64,000 bases of DNA from a virus (taxonomy: Duplodnaviria > Caudoviricetes), in IMG/VR virus record IMGVR_UViG_2596583697_000001, positions 50,484-114,483 of that record, one strand, 5' to 3'. The position numbers and the translations under genes were made by a program. The first letter of the stretch is position 1. Every line of letters begins with the position of its first letter. Below are positions 45,890 to 57,513 of this stretch, in pieces. Under the pieces are notes generated by a model. That model worked only from the letters and a program-made list of their open reading frames with translations. It was not told the origin of the DNA and did not search any database.

Positions 45890-46429
45890 GTGAAAAGTAT
45901 AAAATATTATTACACAGAAAAACAATTGAAAGAACTTGTTTCACACCTCATTATATTACATACATCTAATGAACAAAAGAATCAACACATTCTGGATTAC
46001 TTTGACAAGAAGAATATAAAACACAAGGCGAGGGCTTTGAAAACTGGCGACTATTCTTTCATGATTGAAGCGTGTCCGGAATTGGGATTTGTAAAAGATA
46101 CATACTTTACAGACGAATTATGCATTGAAAGAAAAAATTCAGTTGACGAGCTGGCGGGTAATATTAAGGAGCATGATGAAAGATTCTTTAAAGAATTGAA
46201 TCGTATGATAAATATTAAGAACTGTTATATCTTAATTGAAGACAATTGTTTAGATGACATTATTAATCATAATTATAGATCGGAATATAACGAATCAGCA
46301 TTTTTAAGAAGATTAATTGGTGTACAAAAGGTTTCAAACTTTTACCTTAATTTTATTAAAAAAGAGAACATGGGATATATGATATATGAAATCTGTTACA
46401 GTGCACTGATGGGGCAAATACTAAAATAA
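45890..46429 (+). CDS. ERCC4-domain nuclease
   Basis: LKTGDYS, IERKNSVDEL. Confidence 0.8.
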   Translation: MKSIKYYYTEKQLKELVSHLIILHTSNEQKNQHILDYFDKKNIKHKARALKTGDYSFMIEACPELGFVKDTYFTDELCIERKNSVDELAGNIKEHDERFFKELNRMINIKNCYILIEDNCLDDIINHNYRSEYNESAFLRRLIGVQKVSNFYLNFIKKENMGYMIYEICYSALMGQILK

Positions 46430-46445
46430 TGAAAAGGGGAATTAA

Positions 46446-48395
46446 ATGACAGATATATCAAGAATCAGGGAGCTGACGAAGCTCGTGAATCACTACAGAA
46501 ATGAATACTACAACAAAAACAACTCTGAAATCAGCGACCAGGAGTACGATAGACTGTTTGATGAGCTAAAAGAAAAAGAAGATAAAACAGGTTTTTGCTT
46601 GGTAAATTCACCGACGCAATCGGTAGGATATTTGGTGCAGAGCAAGCTACAGAAGAGTATTCATGAGTATCCGATGTTATCCCTGGACAAAACAAAATCA
46701 CCAGATGAGTTGTTGAAATTTATTGGGGAAAGAGACGCTGTTCTTATGCTTAAACTTGATGGGCTGACTGTATGTCTTACATACGATAATGGAGTGTTGC
46801 TTAAAGCAGAATCTCGCGGAGATGGTGCAGTCGGAGAGGATATTACCGAAAATGCGAAAACATTTTGCAATATTCCTCTTACAATACCATACAAGAATAA
46901 GCTTGTAGTATTTGGAGAAGCAATTATTGATTATAATACTTTCTACAAGATTAATAGTGAACTGCCCGACGAAAAGAAATATAAGAATCCACGTAATTTA
47001 TGTAGCGGTACCGTAAGACAGTTAGATAGTAAGATATGTGCTGATAGAAAAGTGAAATTTATAGCATGGAGACTGGTTGAGGGGAGTGACGAAAACAACT
47101 TTTTCACAAGGTTAAATAAACTTGATGAATATGGCTTCGACGTTGTTCCATGGAGATTGATAGGTGAAGATATTCTAAATCAGTTGCAAAACATGAGAGT
47201 TACTGCCGAATCTTACGATTACCCCATTGATGGTTGCGTGGTGTCGTTTACTGATATTTCCTACATGGAATCGCTTGGAGCCACATCACATCATTTAAGA
47301 GGACAGCTTGCGTTTAAGTATGCAGAAGACCAGGAGTCTACTATATTAAGAGAAATCGAGTGGTCTATGGGTAAGACTGGCAATTTAACACCTGTTGCTA
47401 TATTCGATCCAGTAGAACTTGCTGGAACTACAGTCAGTCGTGCGTCCTTACATAATATTAGTATAATGAAGGATTTGGATATCAAAGTTGGTGCCAATGT
47501 AACGGTAGTTAAGAAAAACGAGATTATCCCGCAGATTATTGAATGTGATGCTGATATAGCAGAGTTTAAAATTCCTGATATATGTCCAATATGTGGTGGT
47601 AAAACAGCGATAGTTAAGGATAACGATACAGAGGTGCTTATATGTACTAACGCTGACTGCAAAGGAAAATTGCTTGGTAGGCTTACACATTATGTCAGCA
47701 AAAACGCATTGAATATCGACGGGTTATCTGAAGCTACATTAGAAAAGTTCATGGAATTAGGTTGGCTCAATCAACTGTCGGATATATATACTCTGGGCTC
47801 TTATAAGGACGAGATGGTTAAACTTGATGGATTTGGAAAGAAATCAGTGGAGAAGTTGTTAGCAGCAATTGAAAAATCAAAGAATACTACACTTGAACGA
47901 TATCTCTATGGACTTTCTATAGCCCTTATTGGCAAGACGGCCAGCAAAACTATCAGTAAGCAATTCAATGGAGATTATTCAAAATTCATCGAGGCGTTAG
48001 AAGATGGCTTTGACTTTACGCAACTTAACGATTTTGGAGCAACTATGAATAGTAGTATCTACGCATGGTATAAAAAATATAGCGATTCAGAGGACGCATA
48101 TATTCCAACGTTGCTTGATTTTGAGAAGCCGAAAGCTGTTATAGTTGCTGATAATAATAAAGATTTATCAGGAATGGTATTTGTAATCACCGGGAACTTG
48201 ACGCATTATTCCAATAGGAACGAAGTGGTTGAAGAGATTGAACGACTTGGCGGCAAGGTGTCAGGATCTGTATCTACAAAGACATCTTTCTTAATCAATA
48301 ACGATATTGAAAGTGGTACTGGGAAAAATAAGAAGGCGAAGGAACTTGGAGTACCGATTATTACTGAAGTTCAATTTAATGATATGATAAAATAA
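46446..48395 (+). CDS. ligA: NAD-dependent DNA ligase
   Basis: EYDRL, MLSLDK, KLDG, SRGDG, NPRN, Zn finger, C-terminal BRCT. Confidence 0.95.
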   Translation: MTDISRIRELTKLVNHYRNEYYNKNNSEISDQEYDRLFDELKEKEDKTGFCLVNSPTQSVGYLVQSKLQKSIHEYPMLSLDKTKSPDELLKFIGERDAVLMLKLDGLTVCLTYDNGVLLKAESRGDGAVGEDITENAKTFCNIPLTIPYKNKLVVFGEAIIDYNTFYKINSELPDEKKYKNPRNLCSGTVRQLDSKICADRKVKFIAWRLVEGSDENNFFTRLNKLDEYGFDVVPWRLIGEDILNQLQNMRVTAESYDYPIDGCVVSFTDISYMESLGATSHHLRGQLAFKYAEDQESTILREIEWSMGKTGNLTPVAIFDPVELAGTTVSRASLHNISIMKDLDIKVGANVTVVKKNEIIPQIIECDADIAEFKIPDICPICGGKTAIVKDNDTEVLICTNADCKGKLLGRLTHYVSKNALNIDGLSEATLEKFMELGWLNQLSDIYTLGSYKDEMVKLDGFGKKSVEKLLAAIEKSKNTTLERYLYGLSIALIGKTASKTISKQFNGDYSKFIEALEDGFDFTQLNDFGATMNSSIYAWYKKYSDSEDAYIPTLLDFEKPKAVIVADNNKDLSGMVFVITGNLTHYSNRNEVVEEIERLGGKVSGSVSTKTSFLINNDIESGTGKNKKAKELGVPIITEVQFNDMIK

Positions 48396-48408
48396 TATAA
48401 ACAGATAT

Positions 48409-48479
48409 AAATAAAGAAAACCATTGACAAGGGATTGCTATGGTGATATTATTAATCCATAGCAATAAATAAAGAAAAC
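48409..48479 (+). promoter_or_regulatory. SigA promoter bracketed by AAATAAAGAAAAC boxes
   Basis: Box 48409-48421; TTGACA 48424, 17 bp, TGnTATTAT 48447; box 48467-48479. Confidence 0.85.
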
Positions 48480-48505
48480 CGAAAGTACATTGAGTTGTAC
48501 TTTCT

Positions 48506-48577
48506 AGCGGTATAGTGAACAGGTTATCACGCTGAGCTTTGACCTCAGAGAAGATGGTTCGATACCATCTACCGCTA
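48506..48577 (+). tRNA. tRNA-Gln (anticodon TTG)
   Basis: Acceptor AGCGGTA/TACCGCT, D arm GTGA/TCAC, anticodon arm CTGAG-CTTTGAC-CTCAG, T arm GATGG-TTCGATA-CCATC; no encoded CCA. Confidence 0.9.
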
Positions 48578-49455
48578 CTACCTAATAATAGAGGGAGGAG
48601 AGTAAGCGTGATAAAAGAACTACTAATTTATTTACATATGACATGGGCGAGAGATAAGGAACTGCGCTTGAAATATTCGCTTCTTAAACATCAATCTAAG
48701 ATGGTGGATATTCACGAAAAATATAAGGATTACGAATTTAACAATGGAGCAGCAAGATATGAGTTTGAATATTTACATACCGAAATCATGAACAGATTTT
48801 ATCGTAGGAAGGAGGAAGAATAATGATTTGTGCTTTATGTGGTAGCACTCGTATTGAAATGATTAATCATTTTGAGCAAGGCAAAGTTACCAGATACGGA
48901 CAGTGCAAAGAGTGCTATGGCAAATCTGGTGAAAAGAAAATTACATATGGTGAAGTTTTGAAGAGATTGGAGAGTGAAAAATAGTGTATACATATGAAAT
49001 GGTAAAACTGGCTGATGAGAACGGAAAAACCTACATTTGCGATAGATGCGATGAGATAAGATATTCAAAGGAGAAGGGATTTCATGATGAGAATTTATAT
49101 GAATACGATGGAGATGCAGTTCCAGATATTAAATTAAATGAAATATTACATATTGATTCGTGGAAAGAACTACCTTCAAAAGAAATGACACTGGAAGAAA
49201 TAGAAAAGGCGCTGGGATATCAGATTAAAGTTAGCAACTTTAAATGGAACGATCCACATAATTTTCCGACTAATAATAGAAATGTAATTTGTAAATTAAA
49301 GCAAAATCAAATCTGCTATAGCGGTTATTATGGTCAATGCAACGATAAGTGGATTTTATATATTAACGGTAACAATTTTGCATACGAAAAAGATGATCTT
49401 ATTGGCTGGATTGATGATCCTGACAGTTATGAGTAAACTGTGGTTTTATTGAAAA

Positions 49456-50103
49456 ATGAGAAGGAGGAAGTCATTGAGTTATACAGATATTTTAGGTAGA
49501 GAATTACGAGACGGCGATGTTTGTGTCGGCAAGGGAACTGGTAGGGACGTAAAGGGTATGGACGTAGGAATCTGGTCAGGAAAATCCATTGCTTTTAAAG
49601 GTGGAAATAAGCGTTCAATGGGAGATGTGTTTCTTGTAGTCAATCCTACGGAAGATGAATTGGTAATCAAAAGAGAAATTGAATCATCATTAGAGAAAAT
49701 TGAAAATGAACGGAAAGAACGAGACTCTGTGAATACTATTCCTCTTTCAAAGTTAGAAGTAGGTGGTATTTATAAGTGTACAAACGGTTCTTGTTATGTA
49801 TATCTTGGCAAGCGAAAAGTGACACTACAGAATTTAGGTTATTATCAGAAAAAGGAAGATGTACAGGAGGGACATTGTTTCGTATTCGTCTGTGAGAGCT
49901 ATTCTGACGAAGAAGTCAAAGAGAGTATATTGAGTATCGGTACATATCATGGAAATCATTCTATATCAGTGTTGAAAGGTGGCAAGAAACTAAGCCATCT
50001 TATCAGAAAGGCCGATTTACAATTTCCTATGGAGAACGAAGAGGAAAACCATTCTAGTTCAAAATATAGTTTCAGTTATCATTACAAATTGATGGTTGAG
50101 TAG
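49456..50103 (+). CDS. Hypothetical phage protein
   Basis: 215-aa ORF. Confidence 0.6.
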   Translation: MRRRKSLSYTDILGRELRDGDVCVGKGTGRDVKGMDVGIWSGKSIAFKGGNKRSMGDVFLVVNPTEDELVIKREIESSLEKIENERKERDSVNTIPLSKLEVGGIYKCTNGSCYVYLGKRKVTLQNLGYYQKKEDVQEGHCFVFVCESYSDEEVKESILSIGTYHGNHSISVLKGGKKLSHLIRKADLQFPMENEEENHSSSKYSFSYHYKLMVE

Positions 50104-50987
50104 AGGTGAGAAGATGAATGAAGATAATACCTTTAATATAAATCACGCTGATGTATTTTGCGAAATTAGTAGGAGAATGAAGAATTTTTTAGAGCTTTCG
50201 ATGAGTAAGATAATGGAAGAAGCTTTTGAATTAGATAAGGCGATGGAGGAGGTTGAGTAAGTTCACTAGATTCACTATCATATGAGAAAATGAATGATCT
50301 TAAAGAAAATTTAGAAGAATTATCATCATACGAACCCGATTCCATCAACGACATAAAGAAACGAATTAAATATTGCAAAAGTCCATTAGAATTAAAGCAA
50401 AAGAACAGAAACGGAAGAGGTGATACATATTAAGACATTTTTAAAAGGATTGTTGGCAACGGCAATCGGAATCTTATTGACTACATTTGAGTTTGGATTG
50501 GTTATCTCATTTATAGCAGCCATTGTAGCAGCAATAGTATTTTTGGTAAGTTTACTACCATCGGTAATTATTGGACTCAGGTTTATTGGAATTATAATTT
50601 TGCTACTAATATTACTGTTGTGGATTGCAGCAAATTCAGTAGATGCTTATAGAAAATTAAAAATAAGGGCTGAACATGATTAATAAAAACAAATGGAGTA
50701 AGTACATATGCAGGCAGAGAATTGATAACAAGATAAACAAATTGTGTGGTGTTATTAGGGAATTAAGGAAAGAAAGAATAGAAGGTATTGTGGATGAGTG
50801 ATGATTTCAAAATCAATATTTATAAATGGAAAGGTGAAAATAGAGTAGATCTTGAATTGATTCTCGGAGAATATGCTCCGATTGAATTGGGATTTGAAAC
50901 GGTGGTAGGAGCAAGAGAATTTGCTAAGAAGTTACAATCAGCAGAAGTAGTAAAATATAACGTAAATGAGAGTGGAGAGGTGGAAGA

Positions 50988-51422
50988 ATGATAGATTGTT
51001 TCGATGGTAAATTTGCGTTTCTAAGTAATTTTTATAACTGTCAAGTAACATATAAAGGATTGACATATCAGAATAACGAGGCTGCGTTTCAAGCACAGAA
51101 AACTCTAGACGAAAATGTTAGAAAAGAGTTTACCAATCTGCCACCAAACTTAGCAAAGCGTAAGGGGCGGAGAGTCACTTTAAGACCTGATTGGGAAAAA
51201 GTTAAAGACGATGTTATGTATGAGATCTGTTTGGCGAAGTTTCTTTCAGTGGAAAACCATAAACTGCTTGAATTATTACTTAATACAGGCAGCGAGGAAA
51301 TTGTAGAAGGAAACCACTGGCATGATAATTATTGGGGAAATTGCACGTGCGACAGGTGTAAGAGTATCGAAGGTAAAAATATGCTCGGTAAGATTCTTAT
51401 GGAAATCAGAAGTAAATATTAG
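50988..51422 (+). CDS. NADAR-family protein
   Basis: FLSNFY, EAAFQAQK, AKRKGR, RPDWE, LLNTG, D.YWG, G.NMLGKILM. Confidence 0.88.
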   Translation: MIDCFDGKFAFLSNFYNCQVTYKGLTYQNNEAAFQAQKTLDENVRKEFTNLPPNLAKRKGRRVTLRPDWEKVKDDVMYEICLAKFLSVENHKLLELLLNTGSEEIVEGNHWHDNYWGNCTCDRCKSIEGKNMLGKILMEIRSKY

Positions 51423-51869
51423 AAATAAATGTCCATTTTCTCTTAATTGAAAGGAGTAAATTAATGAATTGGTATCTATACATACCTGTAGTGCTATTGA
51501 CACTGGCACTTATATTACTTGGACTATCTGTGCCGTTGGCAAGTTACTTGGCGCATGTAGAAATGAATAAAGAACAAGGTAAGCCATATGACTGGTGTTC
51601 ATTTAGAACGTTTTTAAAAGAGTTTTACTCACGATTTGATTTAGCCAACACTGATTTCAATACACGATTTAATTCGATTTTTATTAAAAGTGATCAGTCT
51701 CAACATAGGATTGATAGAGCTTATTTACATGCGAGCATTATTAAATTTGATGATTCTAACTGTATGATTTTATATCCATGGAGCTACTTTAAATATTGTA
51801 AATGGAAAAAGAAAATGATTAAAACTAAAGGATCAACAAGGGTTAGAGGTTTGTATAGAAAGGAGAAGA

Positions 51870-52994
51870 ATGAATAATATAGCCGAATGTTATGAGTTGA
51901 CACTTACGCCAAATTATGTGTCTGACTGGACTTTTAATGATGCAGTAAGAGAGCTAATTCAGAATGGAACAGATCAGGAAGTGCTTGATCCAAGTAATAA
52001 ATTTGATATTACATATGATAACAGTAAAAAATCATTAAGATTGACTAACAGCAAGTCCAAGTTAAGTGTAAATACCCTTTTATTGGGTAGAAGTAGCAAA
52101 AGTAATAATGCAGAAACAGTAGGCCAATTTGGCGAAGGCTATAAAATTGCGGCGTTAGTGCTCAATCGCCTGGGCAAGACCTTTACCATTTATAATAACG
52201 AAAAGAATGAAATTTGGGAATCCAAATTTAAGAATAGCGAGAAATGGAAAGAAAAAATTCTTGCTTTCTATGTTTCAAAGAATGAAGCAAGTGATAGTGG
52301 TCTGGTAATAGAAATCAAGAATGTAAGTTACAAGGAATATTCTGATCTTGAAGAAATTTGGCTAGGGTTCTATGAATATGAAAAAATTAATACTACATAT
52401 GGTGAGATATTAACTGATGAATACCAGGAAAATCTTATTTACGTAAACGGACTGAGAATAGGATTCAATGGAGACTTAAAATACGGATACAATTTTAAAC
52501 CTAAGTATATCAAATTAGAACGTGACAGAAAGACTTGTGACGGTTGGGAAGCGAAAATTACTACATCAAAAATGCTTACTGAAGCAATGATTAACGGTGA
52601 TATAGAACCGGAGAAGATTCAGAAAATGATCGAGGAAGACTCGGACGACATTTATCAGATGGATATGATAGGTGACAGAGACAAGATAAAGGAAATGCTA
52701 ATTGACGCATTTGATAAACAGAATGAAAACCCTTTTTCAGTGCCAGTACATACACAAGATGGGGTTGCAAAGGTAAAGGCTTTGGGCGGAAATCCAATTG
52801 TTGTTCCATACAGAGTTTCTACGTTAATAAAATCTGAAACTGACAAGAGGATTCAGGAGCTCATTAACTTTCCAAAATCTACCGCCATGACTATAAGAGA
52901 AAGATTTGACCTATGGTTTATTTCTTACCAGGATAAATTACCAAGTAATGCAAGATTAGAGATTCGTGAACTAATAGATAAATTAGAAATTTAA
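51870..52994 (+). CDS. GHKL/HATPase-like ATP-binding protein
   Basis: AVRELIQNGTD, LLGRSSK, GQFGEGYKIA. Confidence 0.7.
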   Translation: MNNIAECYELTLTPNYVSDWTFNDAVRELIQNGTDQEVLDPSNKFDITYDNSKKSLRLTNSKSKLSVNTLLLGRSSKSNNAETVGQFGEGYKIAALVLNRLGKTFTIYNNEKNEIWESKFKNSEKWKEKILAFYVSKNEASDSGLVIEIKNVSYKEYSDLEEIWLGFYEYEKINTTYGEILTDEYQENLIYVNGLRIGFNGDLKYGYNFKPKYIKLERDRKTCDGWEAKITTSKMLTEAMINGDIEPEKIQKMIEEDSDDIYQMDMIGDRDKIKEMLIDAFDKQNENPFSVPVHTQDGVAKVKALGGNPIVVPYRVSTLIKSETDKRIQELINFPKSTAMTIRERFDLWFISYQDKLPSNARLEIRELIDKLEI

Positions 52995-55183
52995 GATCAA
53001 ATGATTCTTTGGTTCAGATTAAAGGAGAAGATTACATAATGAAATTAGTAAAAGCAATGGAAATTATAAACTATTACAGCATAATGATTTTACAGGATAG
53101 ACCTGACAGACCAGTATCTTTAAGTGATATGGAGGAAAGCGAAGCCGAAGAACTTGAAGAAGCTGTAGATAAAGTGCGAGAATTTATTAAAGAAATGAGA
53201 GGATAACATTTGAAGATATTTGATTATGCAGACTTAGGTGGTAAATATTCCTGGGACTACTCATCAAAAGGTATTACGCCAGAGATTGATGGAATCATGC
53301 CAATCATGGAGACGGGTGAAACTATTGAAATGGGCGACGTTCTGATTATAGAAGATGTTGCATATGCAGTTTCTTCTATGTCTGGGAAAGGTGATACATA
53401 TTATGCGGTTTATGTTGAGAAGTTAAAGAACCAAAATGTATTCTTACATAATGTAGAGCCAGAGGAACAGAACTATACATCGGAAATTACATGCCCATAC
53501 TGTGGTTACGAAAGAGAAGGCTGGGAAATGGATGACGAGGAAGACGAATATGAATGTGGGAATTGTGGTAGTACATTTTCATATCAGAGAGAAGTAAGTG
53601 TAAGTTATTACAGTCAACCGAAATATAAGGCTGTAGCTAAGAGATTGTGAGGTGGTTTATGAATAAAAGATGGGAATATTTTTCTGCGACAAATGTATGG
53701 AAATTATATTTTGATCCTTATGGATTTGGAGAATCGGTAATTGCAGAATTATCAAAAGATGAATGTGGTGACTGGATTCTAAGTTCAGATTTGTTGGGAT
53801 TATATGAAGAATATTTTGATGACTTTAATGACCACGATTGTTTGGAAGTGGTTCAGTGTCAGGTAGAAGATATGATTCACGAGCATTATTTAGGTGACGC
53901 AAAATACTATCAGGAAATTGCCAATAGATTCATGGAGGAGGCATGATGGATTTATATTTCAAATTTAAGTTTGTTTTTGAATATCTGTTGCCTATTATTC
54001 TTATCGGAGCAACCACTATGTATTTCATAATTGAGCATTTTAAGAAACATAAGTAGAAGATTCGGAGGGAAAGTGATGATTTGTCCAAGGTGTGGCAATC
54101 ACATAAGCGAAAATTTTGTAATAAAAAATTGGAGCAAGTATGTAAATTGGACATGTAAATGTGGGTACAGCCCAGCAGAACAGACATTTGAATCTGCTAT
54201 GCAAGAATCTGAGCGTAGGCTCAATGAGTCATTAAAGGAATTGGAGTTAATGAAGTTACGTAATGCTCAAAGCAATAACCCGACTTACCCATGCTGATTT
54301 ACCATAAAACAGATATTTGATAAAGAAAAAGGAGAATAAATGAAGACATTTAGAAACTTTGATGAATGGAAGAAATGGGATTACGCCTTGTGGCGAGCCA
54401 GAAGAAGAGCAAAAACCCTTTTAAAGAGATACCGAAGTGTGGTTGTTATGGCAGCATCACTAATATTTAATCTGGTCAGTAGTTTGCTTGTTTACAGACC
54501 TGAAGGTACGAAATTTAATATGACACCGCTTACTGTGACAGAATGGGTATGTGACATTATCAGCATTATCATATTTGTAATCGGTTGGCTTATGATGTTT
54601 TACGACATTAACAGAGATCAAAAAGAGAAGATTAAAGAAGCCTTAAATGAGTCTATGAAGTAGGTGCTGTTATTTTTGTACCAAAATTTAAGAAAATTCA
54701 CCGGAAAGGAAGAGAAATATGTACATATATCAATCTCATATGGGAGGATTCTTTACAGTCGATTCACCATTAAGCTATTCAGAATGTTTCTGTGAAGAAT
54801 GTTGCGATTCAGATAATTTGATTGGCTATGCTACTACAAGAGATGAAGCGTGGGATTTGTTAAAAAATGATACCGATGTTAATGGAAGTGGTGGCTATGA
54901 TTATGAATACGTAAAGAATTTTATTGAAGCCAATTTTGAAAAAGGGGATTAATAAATTGAACAATATTGGATTTATTATATGGTTAGTATTTTTTGTTTT
55001 GTGGGGATATGAAGTGATAATGCAGAAAAGAAGTGGGTATTCAAGAAGTATGAGTAGAATGTGGACTTTTCAATATGGAATGATAGCTGGTGCGATATTC
55101 CAACTTGTCAAAGTTATATTACATAGAACACTATTGTAACAACCAAATGGCTCTTTTATGGGCTTTGAAAAGGAGGATATTTA

Positions 55184-55897
55184 TTGAAATTTGAATTAAC
55201 AAAAGTATGGGGTTTTAAACATGCCATAAGAGGAATGCGCAACCCTATGAATAGTTGGGATAAAAGCGATTCAGGCGAATGCGATGGTCTATGTGTTGAA
55301 TGTCAATATCTTAATAAAAACTGTGATATTAATGATTATATCGGGGCAAATGATATGAAACTTGCCCAGCAGTTAATTAGGGCAGGTAGCGAACATAGGA
55401 AATTTATGCGTCAGGTATTTGTGTCGGTTGATATCACGGCTCCTCTCTACTGGTGGAAGGAATTTGATCAGTACAAGATAGGCGTTACAACTAATTCCCA
55501 GTCGACCATGCATCGGTTATCAACTACACCTATTACTTTAGACTGTTTTGAGATTGATGATTACGAAACAGTAATTATTGAGAATTATGAAGATAAAGAA
55601 GACTATTTCTCCAATGATGAATTTTGGGCTTATTTAATCACTCATATGGAAACATTAAGGAAGAAACATCTAGAAACAAAGGATAAAAAATATTGGAAAG
55701 AATTGATTAGAATTCTTCCATCGTCGTGGTTACAAACTCGTACCATCACTATGAATTATGAAAATTTATATTCAGCCATCCGTCAGAGGCGAAATCACAA
55801 ACTCACTGAATGGAGTGAATCATTTATTAATTGGTGCAAGACACTACCATATGCTGATGAGCTGTTGTTTTCGGATTTGGATAAGAAAGGGGAATAA
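55184..55897 (+). CDS. ThyX-like flavin-dependent thymidylate synthase family protein
   Basis: GSEHRKFMR, APLYWWKEFD.Y, SQSTMH, ILPSS, NYENL, QRRNHKL.EW; nucleotide-metabolism context. Confidence 0.7.
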   Translation: MKFELTKVWGFKHAIRGMRNPMNSWDKSDSGECDGLCVECQYLNKNCDINDYIGANDMKLAQQLIRAGSEHRKFMRQVFVSVDITAPLYWWKEFDQYKIGVTTNSQSTMHRLSTTPITLDCFEIDDYETVIIENYEDKEDYFSNDEFWAYLITHMETLRKKHLETKDKKYWKELIRILPSSWLQTRTITMNYENLYSAIRQRRNHKLTEWSESFINWCKTLPYADELLFSDLDKKGE

Positions 55898-55900
55898 TTA

Positions 55901-56461
55901 TTGATACTTTTAATCGGAAAAACGGCCAGTGGTAAAGATACGATATTAAATGAAATCGTAAAACTTGGCTATAAGAAAATAGTAACTTATACAACTCGCC
56001 CCATACGACCAGGCGAAGTCGATGGAGTAAATTATCATTACGTTGAGAAAGATGATTTTGTAGAAGGTGTAAAGAACGGATTCTTTGCAGAAACAACTTC
56101 TTATAAAGTCGCAACAGGTAAAACCTGGTACTATGGATCGGCAATCGAGGATTACGATAAGGATAAGGTTATGATAGTCAATCCAGATGGTATAAAACAG
56201 ATCAGCAAGATTAAGTCATTAAATCCAGTAGTGTTTTATATCAAAGCAAATGAAGACGTGATTCGTCAGAGGTTGGATAAAAGAGGCGATAATCGAAAAG
56301 AAGCGGAACGGAGAATTGAAGCTGATGACAAAGACTTCTTTGGTATAGAAAAATGTGTAAACCACATTGTTTATAACAATGGTGGCAGAATTCCAAAAGA
56401 GATAGCTGCAAATGTCGTTGAGACATATTTGAAAACATTAAAGGAGGAAACAGTATCATAG
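55901..56461 (+). CDS. gmk: Guanylate kinase-like protein
   Basis: GKTASGKDT, YTTRPIRPGEVDGVNYHY, YYGS. Confidence 0.85.
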   Translation: MILLIGKTASGKDTILNEIVKLGYKKIVTYTTRPIRPGEVDGVNYHYVEKDDFVEGVKNGFFAETTSYKVATGKTWYYGSAIEDYDKDKVMIVNPDGIKQISKIKSLNPVVFYIKANEDVIRQRLDKRGDNRKEAERRIEADDKDFFGIEKCVNHIVYNNGGRIPKEIAANVVETYLKTLKEETVS

Positions 56462-56907
56462 AAAAGATTAAAATTTACTTGGCCGGATCTATGACGGCAT
56501 TTGGATCAGACAGATTTGAAGAGGGAGACAAATGGAGAAAGGAAGTAGATAGTAAATTATTCCGTATGGCTGATTTAGCTGGTGTTCCAAAAAGACCGAC
56601 CTGTATCAACCCGAATTCCCATTTTAGCTTCCTCGATAATACTACATATAAAACTGATAGAGAAATCAAAGAATTTGATATTTACAAGGCAACTCATAGT
56701 GATTTAATAATTGTCAACTTCCTGGTAAATGACAGCATAGGCACATCGAAGGAGATAGCTATTTGCCATGATAAGGGGATTCCTGTTATCGGATTAAACG
56801 AACAGAACCTAGAGCTGCACCCATGGGATATTGATGACTGTAATAGGATATTTGATGATATGGACGAAATGCTTGAATATGTGGTGAATCATTACTTGAT
56901 GGATTAG
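56458..56907 (+). CDS. Nucleoside 2-deoxyribosyltransferase-like protein
   Basis: KIYLAGSM, D....SD, SIGTSKE, GIPVIG. Confidence 0.75.
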   Translation: MEKIKIYLAGSMTAFGSDRFEEGDKWRKEVDSKLFRMADLAGVPKRPTCINPNSHFSFLDNTTYKTDREIKEFDIYKATHSDLIIVNFLVNDSIGTSKEIAICHDKGIPVIGLNEQNLELHPWDIDDCNRIFDDMDEMLEYVVNHYLMD

Positions 56908-57497
56908 TGAGGAAGGGATATATTATGACAAAAAAATATATAATTGGAATATCTCGAAATGGGGACTGTAGTTTTGTCCGAAAAGACCACAGTGAACATT
57001 ATATGGATTTTGATAGCTACAAAAAAGCAAAAGAAGAAATTGATAATAACATGAAAGATTGTGAGGGAGCATTTGTTTATTGCGTAAAAATTTATATGGC
57101 AAAAAGATGTTTCCAATTGCTAACTAACTGGATTCGCATTACTAAAAGATTATAATAAATACAAGAATTATAACCAAACGAAGATTTTATAAAAAGTGGA
57201 GGTAAATATGATTAATGCAACAATTGCAAATGAAATTGCGAAGAGAAACCAACAATTTGATGAGTTGATTAAAACTCTCGAAAACGAAATTGATACTAAT
57301 ATAAAAGTCGCTTGCTGCGAAGGAAAGATGTCTTGTGGCGTTTTCTTTCCTGTAACAAATCAAAAGGAAACTTTGATTGAGGAACTAACAAAAAGGTTGC
57401 GTGAAAATAATTATAATCTAAGTACATATATGAGCATTAGTGGCTTTGGTTTTACGATATTATGGGATGCTATATGTGGCTTGAAAAGCTAAAGACA

Positions 57498-57513
57498 ACA
57501 CAATATATAGTGT
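57498..57513. promoter_or_regulatory. NrdR box
   Basis: ACACAATATATAGTGT matches the acaCwAtATaTwGtgt consensus; lies upstream of nrdDG. Confidence 0.7.

Noticed and set aside
35711-47690. Many minus-strand ORFs in the ORF track
   Set aside because: Antisense shadows of well-supported + strand replication genes
48539-48607. 5' part of ORF 48539-48823
   Set aside because: Overlaps the tRNA; the true start is probably GTG 48608 after GGAGGAG
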